DNA of 64,000 nt from Rebecca billardiae RCC1528 (taxonomy: Eukaryota; Protista; Haptophyta). A program made the position numbers and the translations under genes. Location of the stretch: NCBI GenBank assembly GCA_965240325.2, contig OZ251248.1:806001-870000 (forward strand), given 5' to 3'. Shown here piece by piece: positions 31,101 through 36,684 of the stretch; the first letter of the stretch is position 1, and the number at the start of each line of letters is the position of its first letter. A model generated the notes under the pieces. The model searched no databases and was not told where the DNA came from. It saw only the letters and a list, made by a program, of their open reading frames with translations.

Positions 31101-32741
31101 AATGCGGACGGCGGCGCGGTTACGAGCAGCGGCGGCGGCGCCGCGGGCCGCGTCGCGGCCGACCGGCCGATCGCGCTCACGCCCAACCCGCACGCGGGCA
31201 GCCTGCTCGGGGCCGAGCGGGTGCTCACGCCGCAGGGCATCGCCGGCGAGCGCCGGCCAGGCTCGCGCGGCCTGGCGACAGTTGGCGCGCGCGGCGCGGG
31301 CGCCGGGCTCGGCGCGCGCCCCGGCGCGCGCGGCGCGGGCGCGGGGCTGGGCACGCGCCCGCCCGCCCGCCTCTCGCCGCGCGGCGCGGCCGCGGCGCGC
31401 ATCGAGCCGGAGGGGGAGGACCTGAGTGGGTGCGAGCCCTCCGTGCAGCCCGCGCCCGCGCGACGCGCGGCGGAGGCCCGGCGGAGCGGCTCGGGCAGCG
31501 GCTTCCACCTTCCGCGCGCGCCGATGCGCCTGTCGCCGCGCGGCGCGGACGCGGTTCGAATTGAGCCAGAGGCTGGCGACGCGGCGGCAGCCTCTGGCGG
31601 GCCGGGCGGTGCGGCGGCGCCCGCGGCCTCGAGCGGGCGGCGCCCACCCGGCTTCTCGCCGTTGCGCCCGCGCGGCGTCTCCGCCGCGCGCTCGGCCGCG
31701 AGCATCGAGCCCGAGAGCGACGACGACGACGACGACGACGATGGCGCAGGCGGCGGCGGCGCGCTCGGCGGCGCGCTTGGCGGCGGCCGCGCGGCGCTCG
31801 GCTCGCCCGCGCCGACCCCGCCGCCGAGCCCGCCGCCGCCCGCTGCCACGTGCAGCTCGTCGCCGCGCGGCGCGACGGGCGAGCGGCCCCGCGGCCTGCC
31901 GATCTCGCCCGAGCTCCCGCGCCCGCGCCGCGCCATCTCGCCGCGAGGCCCCGCGGCCAGCCCCGCCGCCGCCTCGCCCTACCGGGGCGAGACGGCCTTG
32001 CAGTTTCGGACGGGCTCGCGGCCGCCGCTGCCGCGGGGCGGCGACTCGGGCGCGCCCGCGGCGGAGGGCGCGGCGTCGGGGTCGGGGTCGGGGAGCCCGC
32101 GGCTCTCCGAGCCGGCGGAGGGGCACGCGCTCGACGACGAGACCCTCCAGCTGCTTCGCGCAAAGTTTCAGGCCTTCGACACGGACGGCAACGGCTCGAT
32201 CGACGCAGAGGAGTTCGGCGCCCTCATCGGCGCCCTCGGCTTCAAGCTGCGGCCGCGGAGGGTGCGCGCGCTCGCGCACGAGCTCGACGGCGACGGGAAC
32301 GGGCTGATCGACTACGACGAGCTCGTCGCGTGGTACGACGCGATGGTCGCCGAGGAGGCGGCGCGCGAGGCCAAGCGCGCCAAGGGCTGGCGCGGCGCGC
32401 TGCGCAAGGCCAGGCAGATGCTGGAGGTGCCGCCGCGCGCGCGGCTCGGGATGGCGTGGCTCGCGATGTGGGCGATCTTCACGGTGATGGCGATCCTTGT
32501 CGTCGCGCTCGCGATCACCTTCGGCGCGGAGGAGACGCGCTGGCTGCTGCTCAGCTGGTCGCTCGCCGAGGTGCAGACGCTCGGGCTCGAGGAGCCGGTC
32601 CTGATCGCGCTCACCGTGCTGCTGCCGTTCCTGCTCGACCGGCTGCTCTCGCAGGGCGGCGCGACGGGCGAGGCGATCAACGAGATGCTCGCGCAGAGCG
32701 TGGGCATGGCCGTCGGGATGGTGCACACCCTGTGCGGCTAA
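13101..32741 (+). CDS. Giant intronless polycystin-1/REJ-like receptor with extensin stalks, plant-type LRRs, IPT, REJ, GPS, 5 TM, IQ and EF-hands (~6546 aa)
   Basis: Single ORF, open from 12900; ATG 13101 precedes the signal-like AVSALAALLLAMGAPGAAG. LRRs LxxLxLxxNxLxGxLPxELG span ~14340-16210. IPT-like units (PPGGPALGGTAVTLVGSGF; PARGDANGGTDVTLSGAGF) span ~24870-25470. The REJ end reads NRPPFGGSLEVAPPAGVALLTTFELRADGWTDDDADDLPLSYAF. The GPS reads CVWWD..WVGDGC..CACTHLTDF at ~28600-28725. TM helices lie at ~28860, 29510, 29610, 32450 and 32540. EF-hands: FDTDGNGSIDAEEF and LDGDGNGLIDYDEL. Confidence 0.9.
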   Translation: MPARGRLPGGCRALRAGRPRLRPPSAWAVSALAALLLAMGAPGAAGVLPIFPPSPPPSPPPPAPPPSPPPPSPPPSPPPSPPPSPPPSPPPSPPPSPPPAPPPSPPPYPPPSPPPYSPPSPPPRPPPSPPPSPPPGPPPSPPPPLPPPSPPPSPPPGPPPPSPPPSPPPSPPPSPPPGPPPSPPPPSPPPSPPPPTPPPSPPPTPPPSPPPTPPPSPPPTPPPSPPPPRPPPTPPPSPPPRPPPIPPPSPPPPSPPPSPPPPSPPPSPPPSPPPSPPPPSPPPSPPPSPPPSPPPSPPPSPPPPSPPPSPPPPSPPPSPPPSPPPSPPPPSPPPSPPPAPPPSPPPVPPSPPPSPPPPSPPPSPPPSPPPSPPPSPPPSPPSSPPPSPPPAPTIRANDAYKACLAAPANCTAIQFGDAGLTRTIPTELGTLTNLALLELFGNDLTGTLPTELGALGTSLSEVRLYANSLSGTIPTELGALSRTLVHLSISENSWTGSVPSEVGLLSSLTALGCRKCKSLGQSATLPSELGALTALEILLLQGASVRGTIPQALGGLTALQTLELRWSEMSGTFPSELGGMTALTLLQMRDLSLTGTLPSQIGALTALTGLELDKNRLTGALPPTLSQLTRLEYADLDDGNSLGGGLPADIGALTALTALWLHANSLTAALPASLGGCTALVELELHANSIGGTLPPEIGGLSALSSLRLDDNSLRGPLPASLGSLTALTELQLSPNSALSSSLPTELGALTRLERLEAYLTALNGTLPTELGRCTALSYVYVRGNSLSGPVPSELGALTRAKVLWLGTHTPGLSGQLPSQLGALTALTELEIHQNALAGTIPAALAALTKLKRLYLYENVLSGSVPAAALGAWSKLTSLELNDNRLSGTLPTAVGALTDLLRWHLTANSVGGSLPTELGLATDLTALLFGSNRFASAVPAELLAGVTGLRALDLAHNRLTGALPTSLGSVDYVVSLDVSHNSLSGFLPTAWPWADMDSLVSASFANNTRLEGTLPAELGSAAALTSFDLSATEVCGPGAESVAAVTPSPLPSCSPPSAPPPSPPPNPPSPPPSPPPPTPPPSPPPSPPPSPPPSPPPSPPSPPPSPPPSPPPGPPPSPPPPTPPPSPPPSPPPSPPPSPPPSPPPSPPPSPPPSPPPSPPPPLPPPSPPPSPPPSPPPSPPPPTPPPSPPPSPPPAPPPSPPPSPPPSPPPRSPPSPPPSPPPSPPPGPPPSPPPSPPPSPPPPSPPPSPPPSPPPSPPPSPPPSPPPSPPPRPPPSPPPSPPPSPPPSPPPSPPPSPPPPSPPPSPPPSPPPLPSPPSPPPSPPPSPPPSPPPSPPPPSPPPSPPPSPPPSPPPSPPPSPPPSPPPSPPPPSPPPSPPPSPPPSPPPSPPPPSPPPSPPPSPPPSPPPSPPPSPPPSPPPSPPPSPPPGPPPSPPPSPPPSPPPSPPPSPPPLPSPPSPPPSPPPSPPPSPPPSPPPPSPPPSPPPSPPPSPPPSPPPSPPPSPPPPSPPPSPPPSPPPSPPPSPPPAPPPRPPPSPPPSPPPTPPPSPPPSPPPPSPPPSPPPSPPPSPPPSPPPPSPPPSPPPSPPPSPPPSPPPSPPPPSPPPSPPPGPPPSPPPSPPPPSPPPSPPPSPPPSPPPSPPPSPPPSPPPSPPPSPPPPSPPPSPPPSPPPSPPPSPPPSPPPSPPPSPPPSPPPSPPPSPPPSPPPPSPPPSPPPRPPPRPPPSPPPPSPPPSPPPSPPPSPPPSPPPPSPPPSPPPSPPPSPPPSPPPTPPPSPPPSPPPSPPPPSPPPSPPPSPPPSPPPSPPPPSPPPSPPPSPPPSPPPSPPPSPPPSPPPSPPPSPPPSPPPSPPPSPPPSPPPSPPPPSPPPSPPPSPPPSPPPSPPPPSPPPSPPPSPPPSPPPSPPPSPPPSPPPSPPPSPPPPSPPPSPPPNPPPSPPPSPPPPSPPPSPPPSPPPSPPPSPPPSPPPSPPPSPPPSPPPPSPPPSPPPSPPPSPPPSPPPPTSPPSPPPSPPPSPPPSPPPPSPPPSPPPRPPPSPPPSPPPSPPPSPPPSPPPSPPPPSPPPSPPPSPPPSPPPSPPPPSPPPSPPPSPPPSPPPSPPPPSPPPSPPPSPPPSPPPSPPPPSPPPSPPPSPPPSPPPSPPPPSPPPSPPPSPPPSPPPSPPPSPPPSPPPSPPPSPPPSPPPSPPPSPPPPSPPPSPPPSPPPSPPPSPPPPSPPPSPPPSPPPSPPPSPPPPSPPPSPPPSPPPSPPPSPPPSPPPSPPPSPPPSPPPSAPPSPPPSPPPSPPPSPPPPSPPPSPPPSPPPSPPPSPPPPSPPPSPPPSPPPSPPPSPPPSPPPPAPPPSPPPSPPPSPPPSPPPPSPPPSPPPSPPPSPPPSPPPSPPPAPPPSPPPSPPPSPPPAPPPSPPPSPPPAPPPSPPPSPPPSPPPSPPPPSPPPSPPPSPPPSPPPSPPPPSPPPSPPPSPPPSPPPSPPPSPPPPAPPPSPPPSPPPSPPPSPPPPSPPPSPPPSPPPSPPPSPPPPSPPPSPPPSPPPSPPPSPPPPSPPPSPPPSPPPSPPPSPPPSPPPSPPPSPPPSPPPSPPPSPPPSPPPSPPPPSPPPSPPPSPPPSPPPSPPPPSSPPSPPPSPPPSPPPSPPPPSPPPSPPPSPPPSPPPSPPPRPPPSPPPSPPPSPPPSPPPSPPPSPPPPSPPPSPPPSPPPSPPPSPPPPLPPPSPPPTPPPSPPPSPPPPSPPPSPPPSPPPSPPPSPPPPSPPPSPPPSPPPSPPPSPPPPSPPPSPPPSPPPSPPPSPPPPAPPPAPPPSPPPTPPPSPPPPSPPPSPPPLPPPSPPPSPPPPSPPPSPPPSPPPSPPPSPPPPSPPPSPPPSPPPSPPPSPPPPSPPPSPPPSPPPSPPPSPPPPSPPPSPPPSPPPSPPPSPPPPSPPPSPPPTPPPSPPPSPPPPSPPPSPPPSPPPSPPPSPPPPTSPPSPPPSPPPSPPPSPPPPSPPPSPPPSPPPSPPPSPPPPSPPPSPPPSPPPSPPPSPPPPSPPPSPPPGPPPSPPPSPPPSPPPSPPPRPPPSPPPSPPPSPPPIPPPSPPPPSPPPSPPPSPPPSPPPSPPPPSPPPSPPPSPPPSPPPSPPPVPPPSPPPSPPPPSPPPSPPPSPPPSPPPSPPPPLRPPSPPPSPPPSPPPSPPPPSPPPRTPPAPPPSPPPSPPPPSPPPSPPPSPPPFPPPSPPPPSPPPSPPPSPPPLPPPSPPPPSPPPSPPPSPPPSPPPLPPPSPPPPSPPPSPPPSPPPSPPPSPLPPRLPPSPPPTPPPSPPPPSPPPRPPPSPPPLPPPSPPPPRPPPSPPPPLQPPSPPPSPPPPPPLPPPSPPLAPSPPPSPPPSPPPSRPPPPPPPSPPPSPPPSPPPPSPPPSPPPPSPPPSPPPSPPPSPPPGSESYLALTVDASVEDLSAPSAQQQLAAAVAEEADVPTGWVRVHSVAPASARVVLAYFTPSAGGGADDVLSRLQARSLEQLSARLSLSVLAPPVPVVQGCTEPSARNYDSAAEVDDGGCVAYSPPPGAPPASPPSPPPSPPPSSPPAPPPAPPPPPPSPPPSSPPAPPPAPPPPPSSPPPPPRTAPHAPPSPPSPPPSAPPSAPPLPPSPPPHAPPRAPPSPPPSPPPSPPPRAPPSPPPSPPPSPPPRAPPSPPPSPPPSPPPAPPPSPPPPSPPPSPPPSPPPPSPPPSPPPSPPSPPPPPRTEPFPPPSPPSPPPAPPPAPPPSPPPSPPPAAPPAPPPSPPPSPPPSPPPSPPPSPPPSPPPRPPPPTPPPSPPPPPPPAIRVTILSAQPTGAPDGARGVSVELAGAGFSALQQDDGDEAGGGESAQCAFTPAPGGVLNASAPPILSRARVLDDARVLCDAPAAGSRGTYSLGLALDGVGVSGDADVGGLFAPVRFDVYSIDDGVVVRELRPPGGPALGGTAVTLVGSGFADYGPGQLCCVLGGAGRNCTAPASLLPPDAADGSSRAVCVLPILAVADGGAPAPPAPSTQPLEISLSGGAPLSTTASGVGFSTFGEASLSAVSPARGDANGGTDVTLSGAGFDALRGGALVRVRFGAALADPPTHVSNTSIVVRTRYGAEGPAVVSIALNGRQFFAPAAAPGFEFVGLHAPRLLSAAFNAEATALLLRFDAQPTDRAGMGSAVGACATVLDDATLAIVAGGAGRAASAPPQCYWADDSTLVAQLSARTAVAPGSRIGVRAAALRPALCGEPCAAALASGAEAATIDADAPCGEGVPCPSPVAVIRGPASVSACPYAPLQLDGTASSRGGIKPPAFAWRVDPTRSARATSLNAKLAALPARTPVLSLGGGSADSGQPPELGVTGEFVFALQVTSFLGVVSAPAEWRVARGAGASPRLQIDGAPELTARAGAETHVIGLAALAPCWPDSFEPGMRFEWSLLGVAESASGAAIELGDAAAAGVRLPALADETAASLLLPRFSLSAGYTYTLQLRASMLAAPAQAASASVRVLVAPQPLRAVVAGGDRRVPTDNTLVVDASASFDPDDASGAEGEAAGLGFAWAVSNGTAPGGAPVPLPPGAVNTSGSIFTLAARALFPGNYRLSLVVSKAGREPAAEAVGLEVVAGAVPTIQFEPLRLPKYASVFERNTQRLAIETRLDAASLEAEARGFVTFRYTWSAHRVGALGALEDAGLELGDSGAVTTTGADRPTLAFRSGVLAPGAVYSFRLRVIGGLQDAQGEVTVTINRPPFGGSLEVAPPAGVALLTTFELRADGWTDDDADDLPLSYAFTHAPRASAAAPSAAAADAAASTSLGAASSAPAADVLLPVGNRTLRVRVTDALGGAADAEADVSVATPDALFASPAGAAGGSAAKDRAGADAALADALTRARAAVATGATATANQLVSALAGILDETPAGANASEASAVVGELLAVTAAAAAMGGSQTAESRAATAVALASVLGGGSRALSAGAQLSGLSQVAALAAQSVGSGVDASTAASLLSATDAALGDASTPLGAADEAALGAAATQAVSSLARALLAGSVVGEAPFEAVAAAVNVSATRVPAADVSNATRPGPGGGGSVTLPSTVLSAVPSEFITAGVDLVLWSVARNVHGDPSAQANGSSYGAGLATPVFSVSLFAAGAPTALTIAGLSPSTPILLEVPFSDGGGGGAGGAALGAPGTGDGGGGGGGEYACVWWDTYSSSWVGDGCEAVLAPSALTGLVAQHCACTHLTDFAGVVVPDTAEGARDEAASFSLNTLSTDDLAAAVGAGGPVLERNPYIFWLVIAIAGANFLSVLALGARDRREIISRRAKIDALLRRTPGLTPRGAARRASALPSGRAAVRQAAEDALFGVRPARASERASSASYSAAADPNSTRRDAAESAAVALGAAPDKTIADKLEERLDELDDYVEAQRRAAAATLQRIARGRRTRREVDAARPEIEGPSKARLRAADRSSDHALTKLVRMIGMRISADHSLLGMFFSDSEEARRAELAQIFWNTALLGLLITCLLYSGGSGPPTSGPPSVNLIGALLTALFTTALSVPALLLYRAIYRWGYGRRAAPLSKRIFAAFLHAELEQRARRRSPFASAVRHSVKTGAWSLSPHSSFSLTRKFSDRRGEGGEALRAAAPFDLALARLRAGTVAPEGAAPAGAGAPGAQPPVPPPPVPPPPPTAGPAAGGGSGAPEAAGAPSRVRVGAWGPAAGAPAARLPPSPRSAFNAGATPGAAPAAAPAAAPAAAPAAAAAAAAVAAPPPGAGARAAAAAASPLAFPGARRLSDGAAISPPQPPRPLPRPARPLPRIAGGGAGARADPGAGCTSAAAARAARIDALLRETNAFCNPTASTSLASVAGVAQPAAVAPSSFTRRGAPLDSARSTSSTGSFRRLPPLERSQASQARGSAHGLAPVVPESRVPTADAAAAHGAAPPPSHEPARGSGGEAASAAPLAASGAPPAGATTPAAAVAMAAAGAAEPAAARPGRGAGVAATSAVAGGVPTPVAEAARASSPPRRAAHPHSPPLAALRSGLNADGGAVTSSGGGAAGRVAADRPIALTPNPHAGSLLGAERVLTPQGIAGERRPGSRGLATVGARGAGAGLGARPGARGAGAGLGTRPPARLSPRGAAAARIEPEGEDLSGCEPSVQPAPARRAAEARRSGSGSGFHLPRAPMRLSPRGADAVRIEPEAGDAAAASGGPGGAAAPAASSGRRPPGFSPLRPRGVSAARSAASIEPESDDDDDDDDGAGGGGALGGALGGGRAALGSPAPTPPPSPPPPAATCSSSPRGATGERPRGLPISPELPRPRRAISPRGPAASPAAASPYRGETALQFRTGSRPPLPRGGDSGAPAAEGAASGSGSGSPRLSEPAEGHALDDETLQLLRAKFQAFDTDGNGSIDAEEFGALIGALGFKLRPRRVRALAHELDGDGNGLIDYDELVAWYDAMVAEEAAREAKRAKGWRGALRKARQMLEVPPRARLGMAWLAMWAIFTVMAILVVALAITFGAEETRWLLLSWSLAEVQTLGLEEPVLIALTVLLPFLLDRLLSQGGATGEAINEMLAQSVGMAVGMVHTLCG
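13254..14277 (+). repeat. Ser-Pro3/4 (extensin-like) coding repeat, block 1
   Basis: Degenerate ccg ccg ccg agc units. Confidence 0.95.
16258..23338 (+). repeat. Ser-Pro3/4 coding repeat, block 2 (~7.1 kb)
   Basis: Uninterrupted SPPP/SPPPP repeats. Rare variants recur (PLPSPPS at ~17040 and ~17460; PPPPTSPP at ~19110 and ~21980), showing higher-order duplication. Confidence 0.95.
23703..24487 (+). repeat. Ser/Ala-Pro coding repeat, block 3
   Basis: SPPP/APPP repeats. Confidence 0.9.
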
Positions 32742-33554
32742 CTCGCCCGCGTTCGTTTGCGGGCCCGACGCCCATGCTGCGCACGCTGCTGGCCTTGCTC
32801 CGCCGCGGCTTGATGGTAGGATTTTCATTTTCGATATGTCGATATCATCAGACGATCAAATTCGACAAATAAATAATCGTCGCGTCCTGCGCCTGCGGCT
32901 CGGCAGTCTTTTGATTTGACACATCAATTCCACCCGTTCCACGGGGTGTTGTTCGCCTCCAGGCGCCCCGCGCCCGGCTCGTGGCGGCAGGATGGCGATC
33001 AAGTGGCGCGTGGCCGACGTGCGGCCCGAGATATACGTGACTTGGGCGCCGCGCGCCGCGCTGGCGGGGCGGCCGGGACCCATGCGCGCCTTCGAACCCC
33101 CGGCGCCCGCGTGCTCATCGGCTTCCTCCGCCTGCGAGTAGCCCACGACCGCGCCCGCCGCACTCTTTGAGTGGGTTGACCGCGCCCGAGCCTGCTCGCC
33201 GCCGAGCGCAGGGATGAGTTGAGCACGGCGCGAGGCGGCGATGGCGGTCGGGCGATCGCATGAGCCCATTTGGGCCCCATCTGCCACGGTGCGACCGCTT
33301 CAGCATGCGTATGTGACCCCACATGTCATGGTTGTCTCATGTCGGGTAGCAGGTGAGCACTGTCGGCCAGCATGTCCGCGCGCGCGCGCGCGCGCTCGCG
33401 CAAGGCTATACGGGTCGGATGCCGCTCCGTGGCGTCTCGTGATGTCTGCACTACGCAAACTGGCTGGCACGATTGGTCCGCATCTGTAGTTATGCGACGC
33501 CTGCCGTGTTCGCGACGAGAACTCAAGCAAGTTCTTCTGGCGACCAGAGTTGCC

Positions 33555-34730
33555 CAGGGACCGTCGCTCGCACTTTCCGCGGCTGCGAGTAGAGTGAACT
33601 CGCACTCGCACTTTTGAGGGGACTTTGCGAGTGCACTGCGAGTTGAACTCGCAGGCCCACTGGGCGGAATGGGCGGCTGCGAGTGCGAGTGCGAGTAAAG
33701 TGCGAGTCCCAACTCGCAAAGTGCGAGTCCCAACTGGCAACGTGTCCGGGGGCGCAGCCCCCGGACACGCCCAGCGGGGGGTCCGGGGGGCCTCCCCCGG
33801 GGCCCCGCCGGCCTGAGGCGATGAAATTTTTTGGCCCTATTTGGCCCTATTAGAGCATGCCTTACACCCGACCCGCCGCCCTGACCACCCTGCCACCGCG
33901 CCTGCGTCGCCAGCTGTTTGTCGGCGCGCGACACCTTCTTGAAGCCCGCAGCGAGGAGGCCCGATTGCTTGAGCTGCTTCTCGACGGGCATACTCACCGA
34001 CATGCCCACCTGCTGCATGGTCCGCTTCGCCCCCAGCGCTGCCTCGTCCGCCTTGATGGAGGCCTTCTTGCTGTACTCGGTCAGCGGGTGCATCGTCTTC
34101 AGGTGGTTGCCCGCGTTTGTGATCGTGAAGACCGACTTGCCCCCCTTCGAGCGCACCTTGTCGAGGGGGAGCGTGAAGCGCTGGCCGCATCCCGGCATGA
34201 CGCACACGTGCGTGTACAGCTTCGGGTTGCTCGACTGACTGCCCACCTGAACGTACGAGAAGTCGGTCGGCGCCGCTTGCGAGATGGGGTGGACGTGCGT
34301 CCACAAGAGCGAGACACCTTTGCCGTTGGGGGGCAGATCGAGCCAGGCCGGGTCGATCACCCCGCGCTGGTTCGACAGCGACCAGACGGTGATCTCGGCA
34401 GCCGGCGCCGACGCAGGCGCCGAAGCGACCGGCGCCGCCGATGAGCTCGCCATTTGCCGCCCTGGGCGGGGGCAGCGAGGCTTTGACGCTTTGTGACTCG
34501 CCTGCCGTGCAGGCGGTCACGAGGCCGCCCAGGGACTCGCACTTCTGCTCGCGCCAACTCGCATACTCGCGCTAGACCGCACCTTGCGAGTACCTTTGCG
34601 AGTTGACTCGCAAGCCCGCTGGGCCGGATCGGCGCCTTGCGAGCGCGAGTGCGAGTGCCCTGCTCGCACTCGCGCTCGCGCCCTGCTCGCACTCGCACCG
34701 CGAGTGCCTCGCTGCGAGCACCAGCCCCTG
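33555..34730 (-). mobile_element. Internally deleted hAT-superfamily DNA transposon
   Basis: 8-bp TSD gagttgcc at 33547-33554 and 34731-34738. Imperfect 18-bp TIRs: CAGGGACCGTCGCTCGCA / CAGGGGCTGGTGCTCGCA. Dense subterminal GCGAGT/ACTCGC motifs lie at both ends. Confidence 0.9.
33890..34453 (-). pseudogene. Truncated hAT transposase (N-terminal BED zinc finger only)
   Basis: LWTHVHP...HVCVMPGCGQRF...TITNAGNHLKTMHP matches the BED finger pattern. Coding-like sequence stops near QLATQARW, and no catalytic or dimerisation domain follows. Confidence 0.75.
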
Positions 34731-35318
34731 GAGTTGCCGTCAGCATTGACGCACGTTGCGAGCTGGCAGAACAGTGAAGGTCATGCCCTTGCTGGCCCAC
34801 GCTGGGCAATACACGGTAATCAGCATGTCCTGATGCCAACTGTGATGTGTTTCCGACCCGTCTGGCCCTGCACAGGCGCGGCGCGCGCGGACACGCTGGC
34901 CGACAGTGCTCGCCCGCTACCCGACATCCATGACAAGTGGGGTCACATACGCATGCTGAAGCGGTCGCGCCGTGGCAGATGGGGCCCAAATGGGCTCATG
35001 CGATCGCCCGACCGCCATCGCCGCCTCGCGCCGTGCTCAACTCATCCCTGCGCTCGGCGGCGAGCAGGCTCGGGCGCAGTCAACGCACTCAAAGCGGGCG
35101 GCGGCCGCGGTCGCGGGCGACTTGCAGGCGGAGGAAGCCGATGCGCACGCGGACGCCGGGGGTTCGAAGGCGCGCGTGGGTCCAGGCCACCCCGCCAGCG
35201 CGGCGCGCGGCGCAAACAGCAACTCCTCGACAGCAGAGCGCGTGGATCGCCGCGACGTCGACGTCGCCCGCCCGCCCCCGCCCCCTCTCAACGGCCGCGG
35301 CCCCGCGTGCGCCCACTG

Positions 35319-35367
35319 TGGTCCGGGAGCTCATAGGTCGTGTCACGACCTATGAGCTCCCGGACCA
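35319..35367. repeat. Perfect palindrome with 24-bp arms and a 1-nt spacer
   Basis: tggtccgggagctcataggtcgtg-t-cacgacctatgagctcccggacca. Confidence 0.95.
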
Positions 35368-35469
35368 TGTCCGAACTAATGCCTTTCTGGATCGACGGGT
35401 CGATCCAAAAAAAGAGCGCCGCCATCGTGGATCCGAGGCCACGCGTGCGGTCTCGTTGGGAAGGGCGCG

Positions 35470-36635
35470 ATGATGACGAGGCATCTGCTCCACGTGGCCG
35501 TCGCGTGCGCGCTCGCCGCGAGCGCGGCGGGGCAGGTGCGAGACTCGTGGCGGCAGGGGATGGGCCCGAAGCTCGACGGCCCATACTGCGGCGACGACAA
35601 CTGCTACACCCTCCTCGGCGTCAGTCCGGACGCCGAGCCGCCTGAGATCAAGAAGACCTATCGGAAGCTGGCGGTCGAGTATCACCCGGATAAGAACCCG
35701 TCGGCGAGCGCGCGCTCGGAGTTCCAGAAGATCGCGGCGGCGTACGAGGTGCTCTCCGACTCGAAGCGGCGCGAGTCGTACGACTACGGCCTCGCCAACC
35801 CGATGCTTCTCGCCATGCACCTCGCGCAGTTCAAGGCGGCGCGGAACACCCCCAAGACCGACCTGCGCGCGCTGGCGGTCGGCCTCGTGCTCGCGGTGTC
35901 GGTGCTGCAGTACCTGTACCGCAAGAACAGGTACGAGAACGCGTGCGAGACGGCGAAGAAGGTGCCCGCCGTCCGGCGCAAGTACGAGGAGTTCCTCGCC
36001 GAGGCGGTCGCGCAGCTGCAGGCGGCGGCGCCGGCGGCGGCCGACGGCGGCGCCGGCAAGGGCGACGATTCAAATCGCGGCAAGCCGAAGGGCGCGAAGA
36101 AGAGCAACGGCAAGGGCGGCGAGGGCGGGCGGAAGGACAAGATGACCCTCGACGCCGAGGCCATCGCGCACGAGCGCCTCCTCCGCGACGTCGGGCTCGA
36201 CGAGCGCTTCCCAAAGCCGGCGCTCACTGACGTGCTCGCAGTCTCGCTCTTCACCGCGCCCGTCGCCGGCGCGAAGTGGCTCGTGTGGTACGTGAACTGG
36301 CTGGTCAAGGTGTGCGCGCGCGCGCGCGCTGTCGCGCGGCTGCGCGCGCGCCCTCGCGCGCTCACGCGCCGCGCGCCGCGCGCCCCATGCAGTTTGATAT
36401 CGGCGGGCAGCCGTACGGGCCAGACGAGCAGGCGTACCTGACGCGCCGCGCAATGCACATCTCCGTGGGTCAGTGGGAGGCGCTCTCGGCGGAGAAGCGG
36501 GAGGAGCTCTGCGCCAAGGAGCTATGGGTCGCCGAGAACTTCGAGGCGTTCCGCGAGGAGGAGATCGGGCGCGCGGGCGGGCAGGTGCGGGCGGGCGGCG
36601 GCGGCGGTGGCGGCAAGAAGAAAAAGAAGCAGTGA
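35470..36635 (+). CDS. DNAJC25: DnaJ homolog subfamily C member 25-like ER co-chaperone
   Basis: Signal peptide, then [13 protein letters not shown], a J domain with HPD, and a TM after PKTDLR. Intron 36310..36392 is followed by [22 protein letters not shown]. Confidence 0.85.
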
Positions 36636-36684
36636 CGAAACGGTGGTGACGAAACGCTGACGAAACAGTGACGAAACTGACGAG
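36633..36684 (+). repeat. Short tgacgaaac repeats starting at the DNAJC25 stop codon
   Basis: Four full copies plus one partial copy. Confidence 0.75.

Larger units (their letters stand above)
33046..35213. mobile_element. Long-inverted-repeat (foldback/MITE-like) element with ~340-bp arms, hosting a nested hAT element
   Basis: 33046..~33390 is the diverged reverse complement of ~34878..35213 (e.g. atgagcccatttgggccccatctgcc vs ggcagatggggcccaaatgggctcat). No TSD found. Confidence 0.65.

Noticed and set aside
33585-34720. Repeated GCGAGT units as a possible CRISPR or iteron array
   Set aside because: The motifs are short and irregular with no spacers, and are explained as hAT subterminal repeats.
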